Shown piece after piece: positions 34,201 through 45,657 of a stretch of 64,000 nucleotides of DNA (positions are counted from its first letter, which is position 1; every line of letters starts with the position of its first letter). The notes beneath the pieces are model-generated. The model had not been told where the DNA came from and searched no databases. It saw only the letters and a program-made list of their open reading frames with translations. The position numbers and the translations under genes are program-made. This DNA is from Histomonas meleagridis 2922-C6/04-290x (taxonomy: Eukaryota > Protista > Parabasalia): positions 502,873 through 566,872 of the forward strand of contig JAANOX010000002.1 in the NCBI GenBank assembly GCA_020184695.1, given 5' to 3'.

Positions 34201-34829
34201 AATTGATATTATTGATTATTTAAGTTAACCATTAATTATCGAGGCATTTAATTATAGTATTCAAAGTATTATAATTAAATTCGGATTGACTCCTTGAAAT
34301 ATAATTAATTATATATAACAGAAATTTCAACATTACAACAAAATGAATTTATTATAGATCAAATAATAAATAATAAATTATATCATCTTAGGAATTATCA
34401 TAAGGGGGAATAAATTTATCGAGATCTTGATGATATCAAAGAACTTCAACCCATGTATTTTTGACTGCTTTCATTTCTTTATCACTTATAAACATCCACT
34501 TAATAAATAATAATGATAAGAGAATATTTATTTATCATAATTTGAATTTAATTTTGCAGTTATATTATTGAAGGTTTTGTTTTCTTATCACATAATTATC
34601 TTTTAGAATTTGGGAGACTTACACATGGAAGCATTAGAGAACTTACTTAATTTTCATCCAAAATAAAAAATCATATTCATATTATGATATATATATATAT
34701 ATATAATGCAAGGGAAAAAAAATTGGATAATTATTTTCAGCATTTGATAAAAATTGAAATAAATTTGGTGACGTCAGATCAATTGCTGCATGTTGAACAA
34801 GCATATTATCTGCTGTAATTGATACTATA

Positions 34830-35310
34830 TATATGATTTCTTCTGAGATTACTTATGATTTCCAATATTAAATTTCGATAATCTTCAATACTGCCATACC
34901 AGCAATCAATCAGGATCGAAACCCCAACATCGTAAATTGAGGTTGGGGGAACATAGAGATTTTGCCTCACCATGAATTGGTGTTGTGCTCTGGCTTTGAG
35001 TTCCCCGAAAATTCTTCTATCGAGCGATTGATATAGAGAAGTTCCTCATGCATGAACATAGAAGAGCTCAATATTCAGAGAAATGGCAAACTCTTGAACA
35101 GTTCGCTCCGATGTGCTGGGTACATATCTAGATAAAGGATGAGGCATGAAGAGAGTCCATCATGTCTTTGATGAATCCAGCGAAGATAATCAAGCATTAC
35201 ACTCTTTGGTGTCCAACCATTATAGGGAAAGCACTTCTACTTCTTGGTGTTGTTTAAGCTTGGTAAGCCATCTAGGTGTCTTTCCTTTAGCTAAGACCCT
35301 GCATATGAAA
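34830..35310 (-). pseudogene. pogo-family (DDE_1) transposase remnant
   Basis: VLAKGKT, ILYLDMYPAHRSE and YVHA*GTSLYQSLDRRIFGELKARA, with frameshifts and stops. Confidence 0.75.
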
Positions 35311-35788
35311 AAATATATATTCAAAATTTCACAATAAAAATTGAATAATATGATGTATAATTATTACCTGAAATTTCAGATATCAATTCCAAATTAGATC
35401 TAATTTTTCATAATATTATAGAAAAAATAGCATCCAAATGCAAGACGTTACTTGTATGAAACGATATTTTTTTGTTTCGAATCGAAAACATCTTCAAAAA
35501 ATTGCTAATATTGGTTATAATCGCATTTATCAAAACAATAAAAAAAAATTGTCAATGATTATTTCGAATTTTTTTCTGAAAAATTTGATATTTAAGAGGA
35601 AAATAAAAAAATTTTTACTATAAATTAATATATGCTTGGTATGAAAGCGTATACTATATTTAGATGACAATTTGAAATTATAAAACAAATATTCCGTAGG
35701 CATAGAAAAGAAAATTGAATAGAAGAAAAATTGATGTATACATTATAAAGTGTGAAAAAATTTCATTCTTCGATTTTTTTTTTTTTTA

Positions 35789-36630
<842 letters not shown>

Positions 36631-36849
36631 TTTTATTTTTTTTTATTTTGATTTGATTTGATTTGATATGATTTATATTAGATATTGATAAAATCATATA
36701 ATTGGATCGATAATAAATATATTATCATTTATATTATAATACTTTTTTTTCAAATAAATATGATGCATGAGATAAAACAACTTTTTTTTAGGATACCCTC
36801 TGAAAAAAATCGTTTAATCATTCTTATGTCAAGTTTAATTGAAAAATTG

Positions 36850-37500
36850 CTTTTTGTTGTCCATTTCCTTTGGATAGAATAAAATGAAAATCAAGACATA
36901 TATAGACGATTATGTGCTGTATATGGTGATAGTATCATTACATTTCGAACATTTCAGAAATGGACAAAAAAGATGAATGAACATACCTTCTCAATTTTCG
37001 AATCGAAAAAAACAGGGAGACCAAGAAGATCAGATTTAGATCAAAAAATAACCAATTTTATATTATTAAGTTATCCATATGCATCGACGTAGAAAATTGC
37101 GAAGAATGTAGGTGCTGATCCAAAAACAGTGAGAAATATAATGATTAATATTTTAGGGATAAAAAAATTTAACTTCAAATGGATCACATAAGTTGACTCT
37201 AGAAATTAATGCCAAATAAGCCGCCATTGCTTCTAAATTATTTACTTGGAGATTTTACAAAATAAATTTCAACTAAGGGGTATTTTTTTGCATATGGATG
37301 ACGCCCGATTTGGTTCATGAGAAAATTAATGAATTCGGAATTAAAAAGCTTCTGCAACCCTCGTTTCGCCAGATCTCGCACCGTCTGACTTCTTTCTGTT
37401 CGGATATCTGAAAAAATGCTCGAAGGTGAGTAGTTTGAATATGAAGATCAACTTTTTCAAAAGATTGAAAAAATGAAAGAAATTTTTTTCCACTGGCTCA
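36850..37500 (+). pseudogene. mariner transposase remnant
   Basis: IYRRLCAVYGDSII...KW...TGRPR HTH region and QPSF(S)PDLAPSDFFLFGYLK (YSPDLAPSD motif); the central catalytic region is largely deleted. Confidence 0.8.
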
Positions 37501-37936
37501 TTGCTTTTGAACTTCAATTTAAAATCATTCACTCATTTTATTAAAACATGTGTTATTCTAACATATTTTATAGGTATTCACCTCGAAGGGACAAAGAAAA
37601 ATGAAAATAAATTGAACAGTAGCTTCAAAATTTCGATCGAAAGTTTGATAATTGTTTTGTTGACCGTTAAAACATCGGTATATAAAAAGTGACCCATAAA
37701 TTTTGGGAAAAACATCGGAATTAATGACAATATTGTGGGATGTAAAGGAAAAATGAAAGCAACGTTTACACTACTACAGGAAAAGAAAGATATCTTGGAA
37801 TCAGATTGAAATTTTTTGGTGCATTTCAATATATTCATCGATGACAAAAAGCAGACTATTTCCTTGAAATATGCACCTGCCAGCAATTCCTCAGCATAGG
37901 GAATATGAATATCTTTATAATTTATGAAAATAAAAA

Positions 37937-40090
37937 ATGTTTTTGTTTTTTACCCCACTTATTTATTGTTCAATTCTTCAACTAAATGCAACAGTTAACC
38001 TACCATATGCAAATTACAGAGGTGGCATATATTTAAATTGGGCAAACATCACTAATGAAGAAAATTATTATAAACTTTATCAAAAGAGTGAAGATTCCAC
38101 TGGCGTTTGGAGTGAATGGAAGCAAGTCAGTACATATAAAACGGGTACAATGGTTAAAGTTTTAAATATTTATCCAAGTCAAATTAATTCCGATAAAGGG
38201 CAAGTCACTTCTGGTGCAGGTAGCTTTGATACAGTTACAGTTGATTTTGCATTTGGTAATGATTCAGATACGCATTACTATTTGCCAAAATCAGCTTCAT
38301 TAAAAGGCTGGATGGAAGGCGATACGATCACAGAAAACAATGAAACCATTACGTATAAACCATTTGGGATAGATCAAAGCCCAAAAAATCAATTAATTTA
38401 TGTCACGCCAATTTCCATTAATGATTTTGAATCCAATGTTACTTCTAATTCATCTTTTATCTATGATTATGATGTTGTATTTCTCGGCTCATGGGATGGA
38501 TGCTCAGGATATTCGATCAGTACTGAATCTGCAAATATAACATTAAGGGAATATCTTCGCAAAGGTTATGGCTTCGTGGCAAGTCATGACTCAATTACTT
38601 ATTCATTTTATATAAAAAATGTTCCAACAAGTTTATTATCAATCAGAGATCTTTTAGGTTTATAGTTTCAAGAGGACCTGACACTAATTATAAATCCGGA
38701 GCACCAATTACTTATCAAAAGTTATGGTCCACAAACATTACAATTCAACGTAAAGGTTTATTAACTAATTATCCTTATGAAATTGGCGATATAAATACTA
38801 TGTTAACTATACCTGAATCACATACAAATTATCATGCAACTGTTGGTGATGTTTGGATGACATTAGGAAAATATGAATTTGGATTGAAACATAATTTCTA
38901 TCTAACGACTTATGGTAATACTGCAATGATTCAAACGGATCATAGTAATGGCGAATCGACTGATGATGAACGTAAAATTATTGCAAATATGATATATTAT
39001 TTGAAACAAAGAACGAATGATAATTATGTTGAAGATCATTCGTCACAAGATTTAGAGCCACCGATAATTAATTCGTTGGAATTTAATCAAAGTAATAATA
39101 ATGTTAAAATTGTTGCAAATGATTTAGGATCGAAATATTTGTTTAAAGTGGAAGCAAATTATAAATCTAATGACGAAATTTATGTATCTAATGAAGTGGA
39201 AGTTGAAGTTTTATCTGGTATTGATCATTATAATTATGTAATTACAAATGTTAAAAATGTTTCAAGCGATGATTTGATAAATTATACGAATGAAACAGTA
39301 ATTCATATCGAAAGTGAACAAATGCAAAATGAAACTTATGTTAGCTGTCGATGTTGCAGGAAACAGAGGCGCAATACGAACAATTAAAATTCCATATACA
39401 TATTCTTATGAACATTCCCAAACGCAAATACCAATAACGCAAGAACCATCACCAAATGTGACTTCATACACTGTATCAAACACTGATTTATCATCTCATT
39501 TATCTAGCACAATCACTTCTCAGTATACATATACTGTGACAACTTTCACGAAATCTTTAACTTCTTCATCATTAACTTTTGCACCTGTGTCACATTTAAC
39601 TTCTTATTTAATTCCATCAAATGTTTCTATTTTGATTACTTTAATTCATTCGCTATTTTTCACTGGAACTATATCATTTTACACATTTTTATCCAATTCA
39701 TTTACTATTTATTAATTCCAAATATGTTTGCACTCAATCATTGTTTTTATTGTATGAATACACAATTATTATGTATTCATTTTATTCCGATTTTTATTCC
39801 AATTTCTATGTATACCAGCAGCAAAGCGATGCTACAGAAGAAAGCAAAACAAATACTTATGTATACATTATCATTGGAGTTGTTGTTGCAATAGTTGTAG
39901 TTGTCGTTTTATCGCTTATAACACTTTAATTCGTATTCGAAATAAAAAAAATGCAATTAATGAAGAATCAGAAGTTTATCAGTTGAACAAAAATTGTGAA
40001 ATTTCTTCGCAATTTGATATCCCTAATGATATCGATGAAGATCCATTTGCAAATGATTTTCAAGAAGAATTTTTAGCAAATAATTTTTGA
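37937..40090 (+). pseudogene. Type I surface protein with a bacterial-like extracellular domain, broken by at least 4 frameshifts/stops
   Basis: Signal peptide; KVLNIYP, YDVVFLGSWD, GYGFVASHD and MIQTDHSNGESTDDERKIIANMIYYL; AVDVAGN; S/T stalk; TM (YIIIGVVVAIVVVVVL); cytosolic DEDPFANDFQEEF. Pieces lie in successive frames. Confidence 0.7.
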
Positions 40091-40285
40091 TCAAAAAAAA
40101 AATAAGTAAAGCAAATTGATCATTTCCCTTATTTTTTTTGCCGAATAAATCAAATCGATGTTTATGTGTTTTCTTGAATCGCATTAAAAAACGATACGAT
40201 TTTTGTATACATCGATACAACTTTTTCAGAACGAAACGATAATAAAATTTTGGCATCAAATTTGATTTCGAAACATAAAAATTTG

Positions 40286-42058
40286 TTAATTTACTGTTTT
40301 AGTATCATCATCAATTTTTAAAGTACTTTCCAAGCAAACAATAGGCGACATGGACGTGTATCCGCTTTTTTCTTTAAAAGCTTCTTCATTTCTTGCATTT
40401 GTCAATTGCATTTCTTGTCCTGTATACGTCTTATGATTCCAATCTTTATTTTCTTTTTGATCCGTATACAAAAACGCCGTTGTATATTCCACTTGCAATG
40501 GACTCAAAGCCAAAGCTCTCGACACTTCGTTATAAGTTTCGAAATACATTACGACTTCGAATCTATTTAAGTTACATCTAAAACGAATTTTCGTTTCATC
40601 AATTGCGAAGTTAAATCCAGAGAATAATTCCCTTATAAACAAAGGATTCAGATGTCTCCGACTTACAAGTCCTGACATTATCACTGGCGGTGGAACTTTA
40701 TTTTCATCTGCTTTTTGTAATTCAGCAATTTTTACTTCTGATTGTTCTTTAGCTTTTTGTTGTTCTTCATTATATATATCATATACTTCATTACGTATAA
40801 ATGAACTAAGTATTGGCGCAAATAATCGTTCGGACATTTCGCGTATTGCAATTTCTTTACGTTGTCGCATCGCTGCAAGTTTTTGTCGTTCCTCATTTCG
40901 TTGCTTTTGTAATTTTTCATCGCGTATTCGTTTTTGATACGCTTTTTTCTTGTTTTGGAGAATAGGCCGAATAATTTGTGGGCATTGAGCTCTTGCAAAA
41001 CTTATCATTAATTGTTTCGCAATAGATGAAAATATACGCCCGCGAAGTGCGCTCGGAATAAGTTCGATGTATGGAATAAGTTTTGGTTTAGCTGAACGTG
41101 GCGGCTTAGAATTGTTTGTATTCGTTATTGTATCTAAAAATTCTTCAATAGCTTGTGAAGGAAGTGTCGATTCCGCAATGGTAATTGTTGGTTTGTCTGT
41201 GTTTGATTTCGTTTGTTTGATTGGCTTTGGATTTGTATCTGGTAAATTTGTTTGAGATGTTGTAATGGGTGATCGAGTTTCCGGTTTTCGCTTTGACTTC
41301 GGCTCTTTCTGCTTTAGGTACATGTCGAGAATGTTATTGGAAAGCTCATCAATTGCCATCTGGTGAAGACGCTCATCAAAACTGTCGACCGTTATCGGCG
41401 GCGGTTTGGGAATGTGAAGTTTCATCAGATGTGTCAAAACCGGCGAAGGAATTCCTTTGTAAGAGACTTCGATCTCGTCGTCGTCTGTGTAAATTTCGTC
41501 TTTGATGAGGTCGTTATCAATTGGTGGCGCAGCAATGTGTGGAATACCTTTCTGAGATGTTAAACTTAAACCTTCTGTTGGATATGAAACAAGACTTTGA
41601 TATTGAAGTTTACTTAGAATTCCATACATATAATTTTCATCATCATTAAAAAAATCAAAAACATTCTCTAATAGTTCTGGTAATTGTTTAACATGATATA
41701 ACATAAAATGATTTTCTTTTTCATTATAGGAAATGGATTCATTACATAAGTCGCACATAAATTTGGTGGTAGAAACACGTGTTGTATATTGTTCTATCAT
41801 TGAAAAAAATAATTTTTGAAATGTATTTGAATATTCGGCTAAATGAGGTGGCGCTTTAATTTCGATATTTGAGTTTTGATAGAATGAAAAAACATTCTCA
41901 GATAGGTTATGACGAAAAATTTGATTTTCTGGATTTTTTGGTTGATTTCGGTAAAAAAGAAAAGAAGAAACAGGATCATTTTGTTCTAGTCCATAAAAGA
42001 AATTTGAGTCCTTATCAGGTCTATTTCTAAATTGCTCAAGGAATGTTGTAGAATTCAC
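40286..42058 (-). CDS. Hypothetical protein with C2H2-like finger, coiled coil and RRM-like C-terminus; start uncertain
   Basis: 590-codon ORF containing CDLC-x11-HFMLYH. The listed start is GTG; the first in-frame ATG is near 41800. Confidence 0.6.
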   Translation of the reverse strand: MNSTTFLEQFRNRPDKDSNFFYGLEQNDPVSSFLFYRNQPKNPENQIFRHNLSENVFSFYQNSNIEIKAPPHLAEYSNTFQKLFFSMIEQYTTRVSTTKFMCDLCNESISYNEKENHFMLYHVKQLPELLENVFDFFNDDENYMYGILSKLQYQSLVSYPTEGLSLTSQKGIPHIAAPPIDNDLIKDEIYTDDDEIEVSYKGIPSPVLTHLMKLHIPKPPPITVDSFDERLHQMAIDELSNNILDMYLKQKEPKSKRKPETRSPITTSQTNLPDTNPKPIKQTKSNTDKPTITIAESTLPSQAIEEFLDTITNTNNSKPPRSAKPKLIPYIELIPSALRGRIFSSIAKQLMISFARAQCPQIIRPILQNKKKAYQKRIRDEKLQKQRNEERQKLAAMRQRKEIAIREMSERLFAPILSSFIRNEVYDIYNEEQQKAKEQSEVKIAELQKADENKVPPPVIMSGLVSRRHLNPLFIRELFSGFNFAIDETKIRFRCNLNRFEVVMYFETYNEVSRALALSPLQVEYTTAFLYTDQKENKDWNHKTYTGQEMQLTNARNEEAFKEKSGYTSMSPIVCLESTLKIDDDTKTVN

Positions 42059-42410
42059 TTTGTTGGTAGGACAAGGAAATAATCGTTGTCAATTCAAAGT
42101 TTCACGGTTATTCCATTAAATTTTTCAGTTTTGTGTAAAATAGTGAATTAATTTGAATTTTTTCTTTTAGATTTTTTGCTATATTTGTTATTAAATTCAT
42201 CAAAACTATATTTCATTACAAATAAAAAAATACTTATTGAGACCAATTGTTACAAACGCCAAAAACAATTTTTTTTATATATTCACATTTGATGAAATTT
42301 GAATTTATAGCAAACATAAGAAGTAACTAAACATAGGAAATCACTTTTAAAATGCATTTAGGTGTTAAAAATGTTTTTTAAGTTAAAGTTGTTGGTTTTT
42401 ACTTTTGATT

Positions 42411-43115
42411 TTACTCGACAACCACTTGGCACAACTTTTGATACCTTTGCTTGTAGCGGTCGATTTGCTCATCATGAAAATCGTTAACTTTTGCAATGGC
42501 TTCATCGAATTGATCTGCAAGTTTCAACATTTTTTCTGCTTCTTGGATTCTTAGATTTATAACAGCTGTCATTGGTGTTACGAATGATTCGATAAACTGT
42601 TCTTTATATGGTTGTTCTTTCTCTTCTAATGATTTTTGTTGATCATTTGCACTATTTGTGTCTTCTTCTGCCTTTCTTTGAGCAGTGGAAAATGCTGCCT
42701 CTGCTTTAGTTATGTCAGGTACTTTACCTGATGCTTTAGCTTTGTTATACGCAGCTTCTTTCTTTTTAGCATCTTCTCTGCTTTTCTTGGCTATCTCTTG
42801 GGCTTGCTTGCAGAGGTCTCTCCACTTGTTGATTTCAATTTCTTGGTGAAGCAACGGTTGTAAATCATTAGCAAAATTGGAAACGGCAACAAAGCTATCC
42901 TTAATGATATTTGTTTCTTGGATTCCGCATTCTACTATATCTTTTAAACCTGTTTGTAAATCTCCTAGTTGCTGACTTGCAAAAGTTTTGAAATCTTCAC
43001 TAAAGGCTTTTGTGTTTCCATCAATCATTATTTGTTCTGCCTTCTTTTGTGACTCAACAGAAGTCACTGTTTCATGAAACTCTGGGAAATGGCGCATCTT
43101 ATTGAAGAAACTCAT
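42411..43115 (-). CDS. Coiled-coil/BAR-like protein (234 aa)
   Basis: ATG after Inr-like TTCACA and M3 TAACGGTTT; all-helical charged heptads. Confidence 0.7.
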   Translation of the reverse strand: MSFFNKMRHFPEFHETVTSVESQKKAEQIMIDGNTKAFSEDFKTFASQQLGDLQTGLKDIVECGIQETNIIKDSFVAVSNFANDLQPLLHQEIEINKWRDLCKQAQEIAKKSREDAKKKEAAYNKAKASGKVPDITKAEAAFSTAQRKAEEDTNSANDQQKSLEEKEQPYKEQFIESFVTPMTAVINLRIQEAEKMLKLADQFDEAIAKVNDFHDEQIDRYKQRYQKLCQVVVE

Positions 43116-43328
43116 TTTGCGGTGTGAAAACCGTTAATGTGACGGTTTTATTGTTGTAAAAAATTGAAAAATTATTAACGGTTGTCTTAATTAAAAAAAT
43201 TAAAATTTTTTGTTTCTTCTTAAAATTAAATCCGAGAAAAAATCATCACTTAATAATGCAGACATTGGCATTGAAATAAAACAAGCAACTTTCTATTTTA
43301 TTGATTCTAATTTATATTACATAGATTT

Positions 43329-44192
43329 TCAGAACCCAAGCGAGTCCAGTGACGATTTTGGCTTTGAGACAGAAGGGCCTTTGCTCCGAAGTTGACTTAT
43401 TGGCTTCGCCTTAATTTCTAAATTAATTTTAGTTATTGATGGTTGAGGAGTTGGTATTTTTGTTACATTTACTGGAGCAATATTCACTTGCCTGCTGTGA
43501 AAAGCCTCATTCCAAGGAATCGGAGCAAATGTAGTGTTTTCGATATCTGGAAAATTAATCAATTTTTCATGATCAATTGTAGCAAGTTGGCAAAACACAT
43601 CAACTGTCTTCTGTGATAGTTCTTCAGAAAGAACGGCAATGGAAGCTGAAAGAGAAGTATATATTACTGGAAAATGCAAAAACAAAGAAGGATGCATTTC
43701 TTGTGTTAGCTGTTCAATTAAATTTTTGGACATGTCAATAATTGAAAACAGAAGCTCGATACAGGCTAAGCATCGCCATTGAAGAGATATGAATGAAGGA
43801 TAAATCAAAAGTGAGCCTGGTGAAAGCTTAGTCATGGAAATGTCTGCACATATTTCAGATAGTTTGAGAGATTGGAATTTTTTTAATATTTGCCTGAGTT
43901 TTTTTAATGTTCGAAGATAAGGAAAACTTCGTATTTGATGTTTTGACTGTGTGTAAATTTTGTTCAATAGTTTGTACTCCGAAGAAAGACGCTTGAAAAT
44001 ATCGAGCTGAGAAAAATTATATAAAATTGAGCTGAGAAGCTGCAATGATTCTTGATTAACTTTCCTTTGCTTTACTTGTTGGGTTCCAACTTCATCATGT
44101 TTTGGGTTTGTAAACCATCTGTTCAAGTCATACTGTATTTTAAGACTTGATTCTTTGATCCATTCCATTTGGGATTTCATATAACATTTCAT
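43329..44192 (-). CDS. Hypothetical protein, possibly Rmp1/NEPRO (RNase MRP subunit)-like
   Basis: LSSEYKLLNKIYTQSKHQIRSFPYLRTLKKL resembles the recalled Rmp1 motif LEQEYRLILLLNHRNKNQHR (inference). Confidence 0.45.
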   Translation of the reverse strand: MKCYMKSQMEWIKESSLKIQYDLNRWFTNPKHDEVGTQQVKQRKVNQESLQLLSSILYNFSQLDIFKRLSSEYKLLNKIYTQSKHQIRSFPYLRTLKKLRQILKKFQSLKLSEICADISMTKLSPGSLLIYPSFISLQWRCLACIELLFSIIDMSKNLIEQLTQEMHPSLFLHFPVIYTSLSASIAVLSEELSQKTVDVFCQLATIDHEKLINFPDIENTTFAPIPWNEAFHSRQVNIAPVNVTKIPTPQPSITKINLEIKAKPISQLRSKGPSVSKPKSSLDSLGF

Positions 44193-44619
44193 AAATCCTA
44201 CAATAAGGGTGTCCCAAATTATTTAAAACGATAAAGGTGTCCGTTAATTTCGATGCTTGGAAAACTGTTAATTTACTGACTCTTATAAATAGTATTAAAA
44301 TAATTGAAACACATTTCATTTTCCATCCTTAAAATGCCTTCTTGCGTAATACCTGTATCAATCCATTTATGTGGTATTTGTTTACTTGTCAAGTAATCGA
44401 ATTTTTGTCGCTTATGAGTATTAGATACTAATATAATTCTACCAAGAAGTGCTCTAAATCAATCAATCCAATGCGACCAATAGAAAAAGATTCTTTTACA
44501 TTTGCTAAAATTTTAATAAATCTAAAAAAAATAATTTCCTAAATTTTGTTATTCAAGATCTGATCAAATTCAATTTCCAAATTTTAGATATCATTGCATC
44601 AGATGAATTTTAATATCTT

Positions 44620-45330
44620 CCAAGAATTTAATAAAATGTTTCATCAAAGGGAGGAAGAATTCAAGAAGAAAAAGAGATCGCTATTGATATGGCAACACAA
44701 GTAGAAAATGCATTCAAGGAGTTGACAAGGTTTACTGTTGATGAATTTAATCAAATATATGTTCAAATTATTTAACTGCCAAATGTAGGGGGAGAAAATC
44801 AAAAACCTGGAGAACATGAAGATCAACGAAAAAATCGGTCGCCCAAGCATGGATACTATGGCGTCAAATTACAGGCATTGGTTGGTCCAAGCGGGATATG
44901 TACATCATTCTTTGGATTTACAAATGTGTCTGATCATAACATGTCCCGTATTTAATGCGAGCAACTGGCTTAATCAACTATTAACTTATACCCGAATTTT
45001 CCCCAATTGAGTTGTTGGAAGGTTTCATTATCAAGTTTTATTTGATAAAGACTACACCGGGCTAAATTCACAAGGTTACGCCGAAGCAATTGTCACATTA
45101 AGAAAATATGTCGCAAAAGAACTCACTGAGCAAGGAAAGAACTATAACAATACCATTGGGTTCGATCGTGTTATTATTGTCGAAAACTTTTTTGAATGCT
45201 TAAAAGTCTTATTCGGTATTTTAGCGAATAGATATCGTGGGGATCAAGAGCTGAATTTTGCGAAAATAATTAAAGTATACAATGCTCTGACTAATTTTTA
45301 CAATGCACTTCACTAATTGAGGGGAAATCA
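44620..45330 (+). pseudogene. PIF/Harbinger (DDE_Tnp_4) transposase remnant
   Basis: SPKHGYYGVKLQALVGPSG...SDH, LFDKDYTG and LTEQGKNYNNTIGFDRVIIVENFFECLKVLFGIL across broken frames. Confidence 0.75.
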
Positions 45331-45657
45331 GTAAAAATGATTATTTGAAATTTGATTTAAATTCAGGTTATTAATTACACATAAGCTATGGATACTCTTG
45401 TGATGGAGCAATATCAGCGTTTTGTACAAAAATTTTAGACTGATCTTATTAATAAAAAAATTAATCTTTTTTTTTTTTTTTTTTTGATAATGCATTTTAA
45501 AACTTATAGTACATAAATAGCTCATGATGTTTTCATCAATGAAATATGATGGGAAAATAAAAATCTTTTTGGTGTTTATTGATAAATAGACCAAGAATCC
45601 AATATTGCACCTTTTTAGAGATGTTGCCATGCATATATTATTTTTTATTATTAATTT

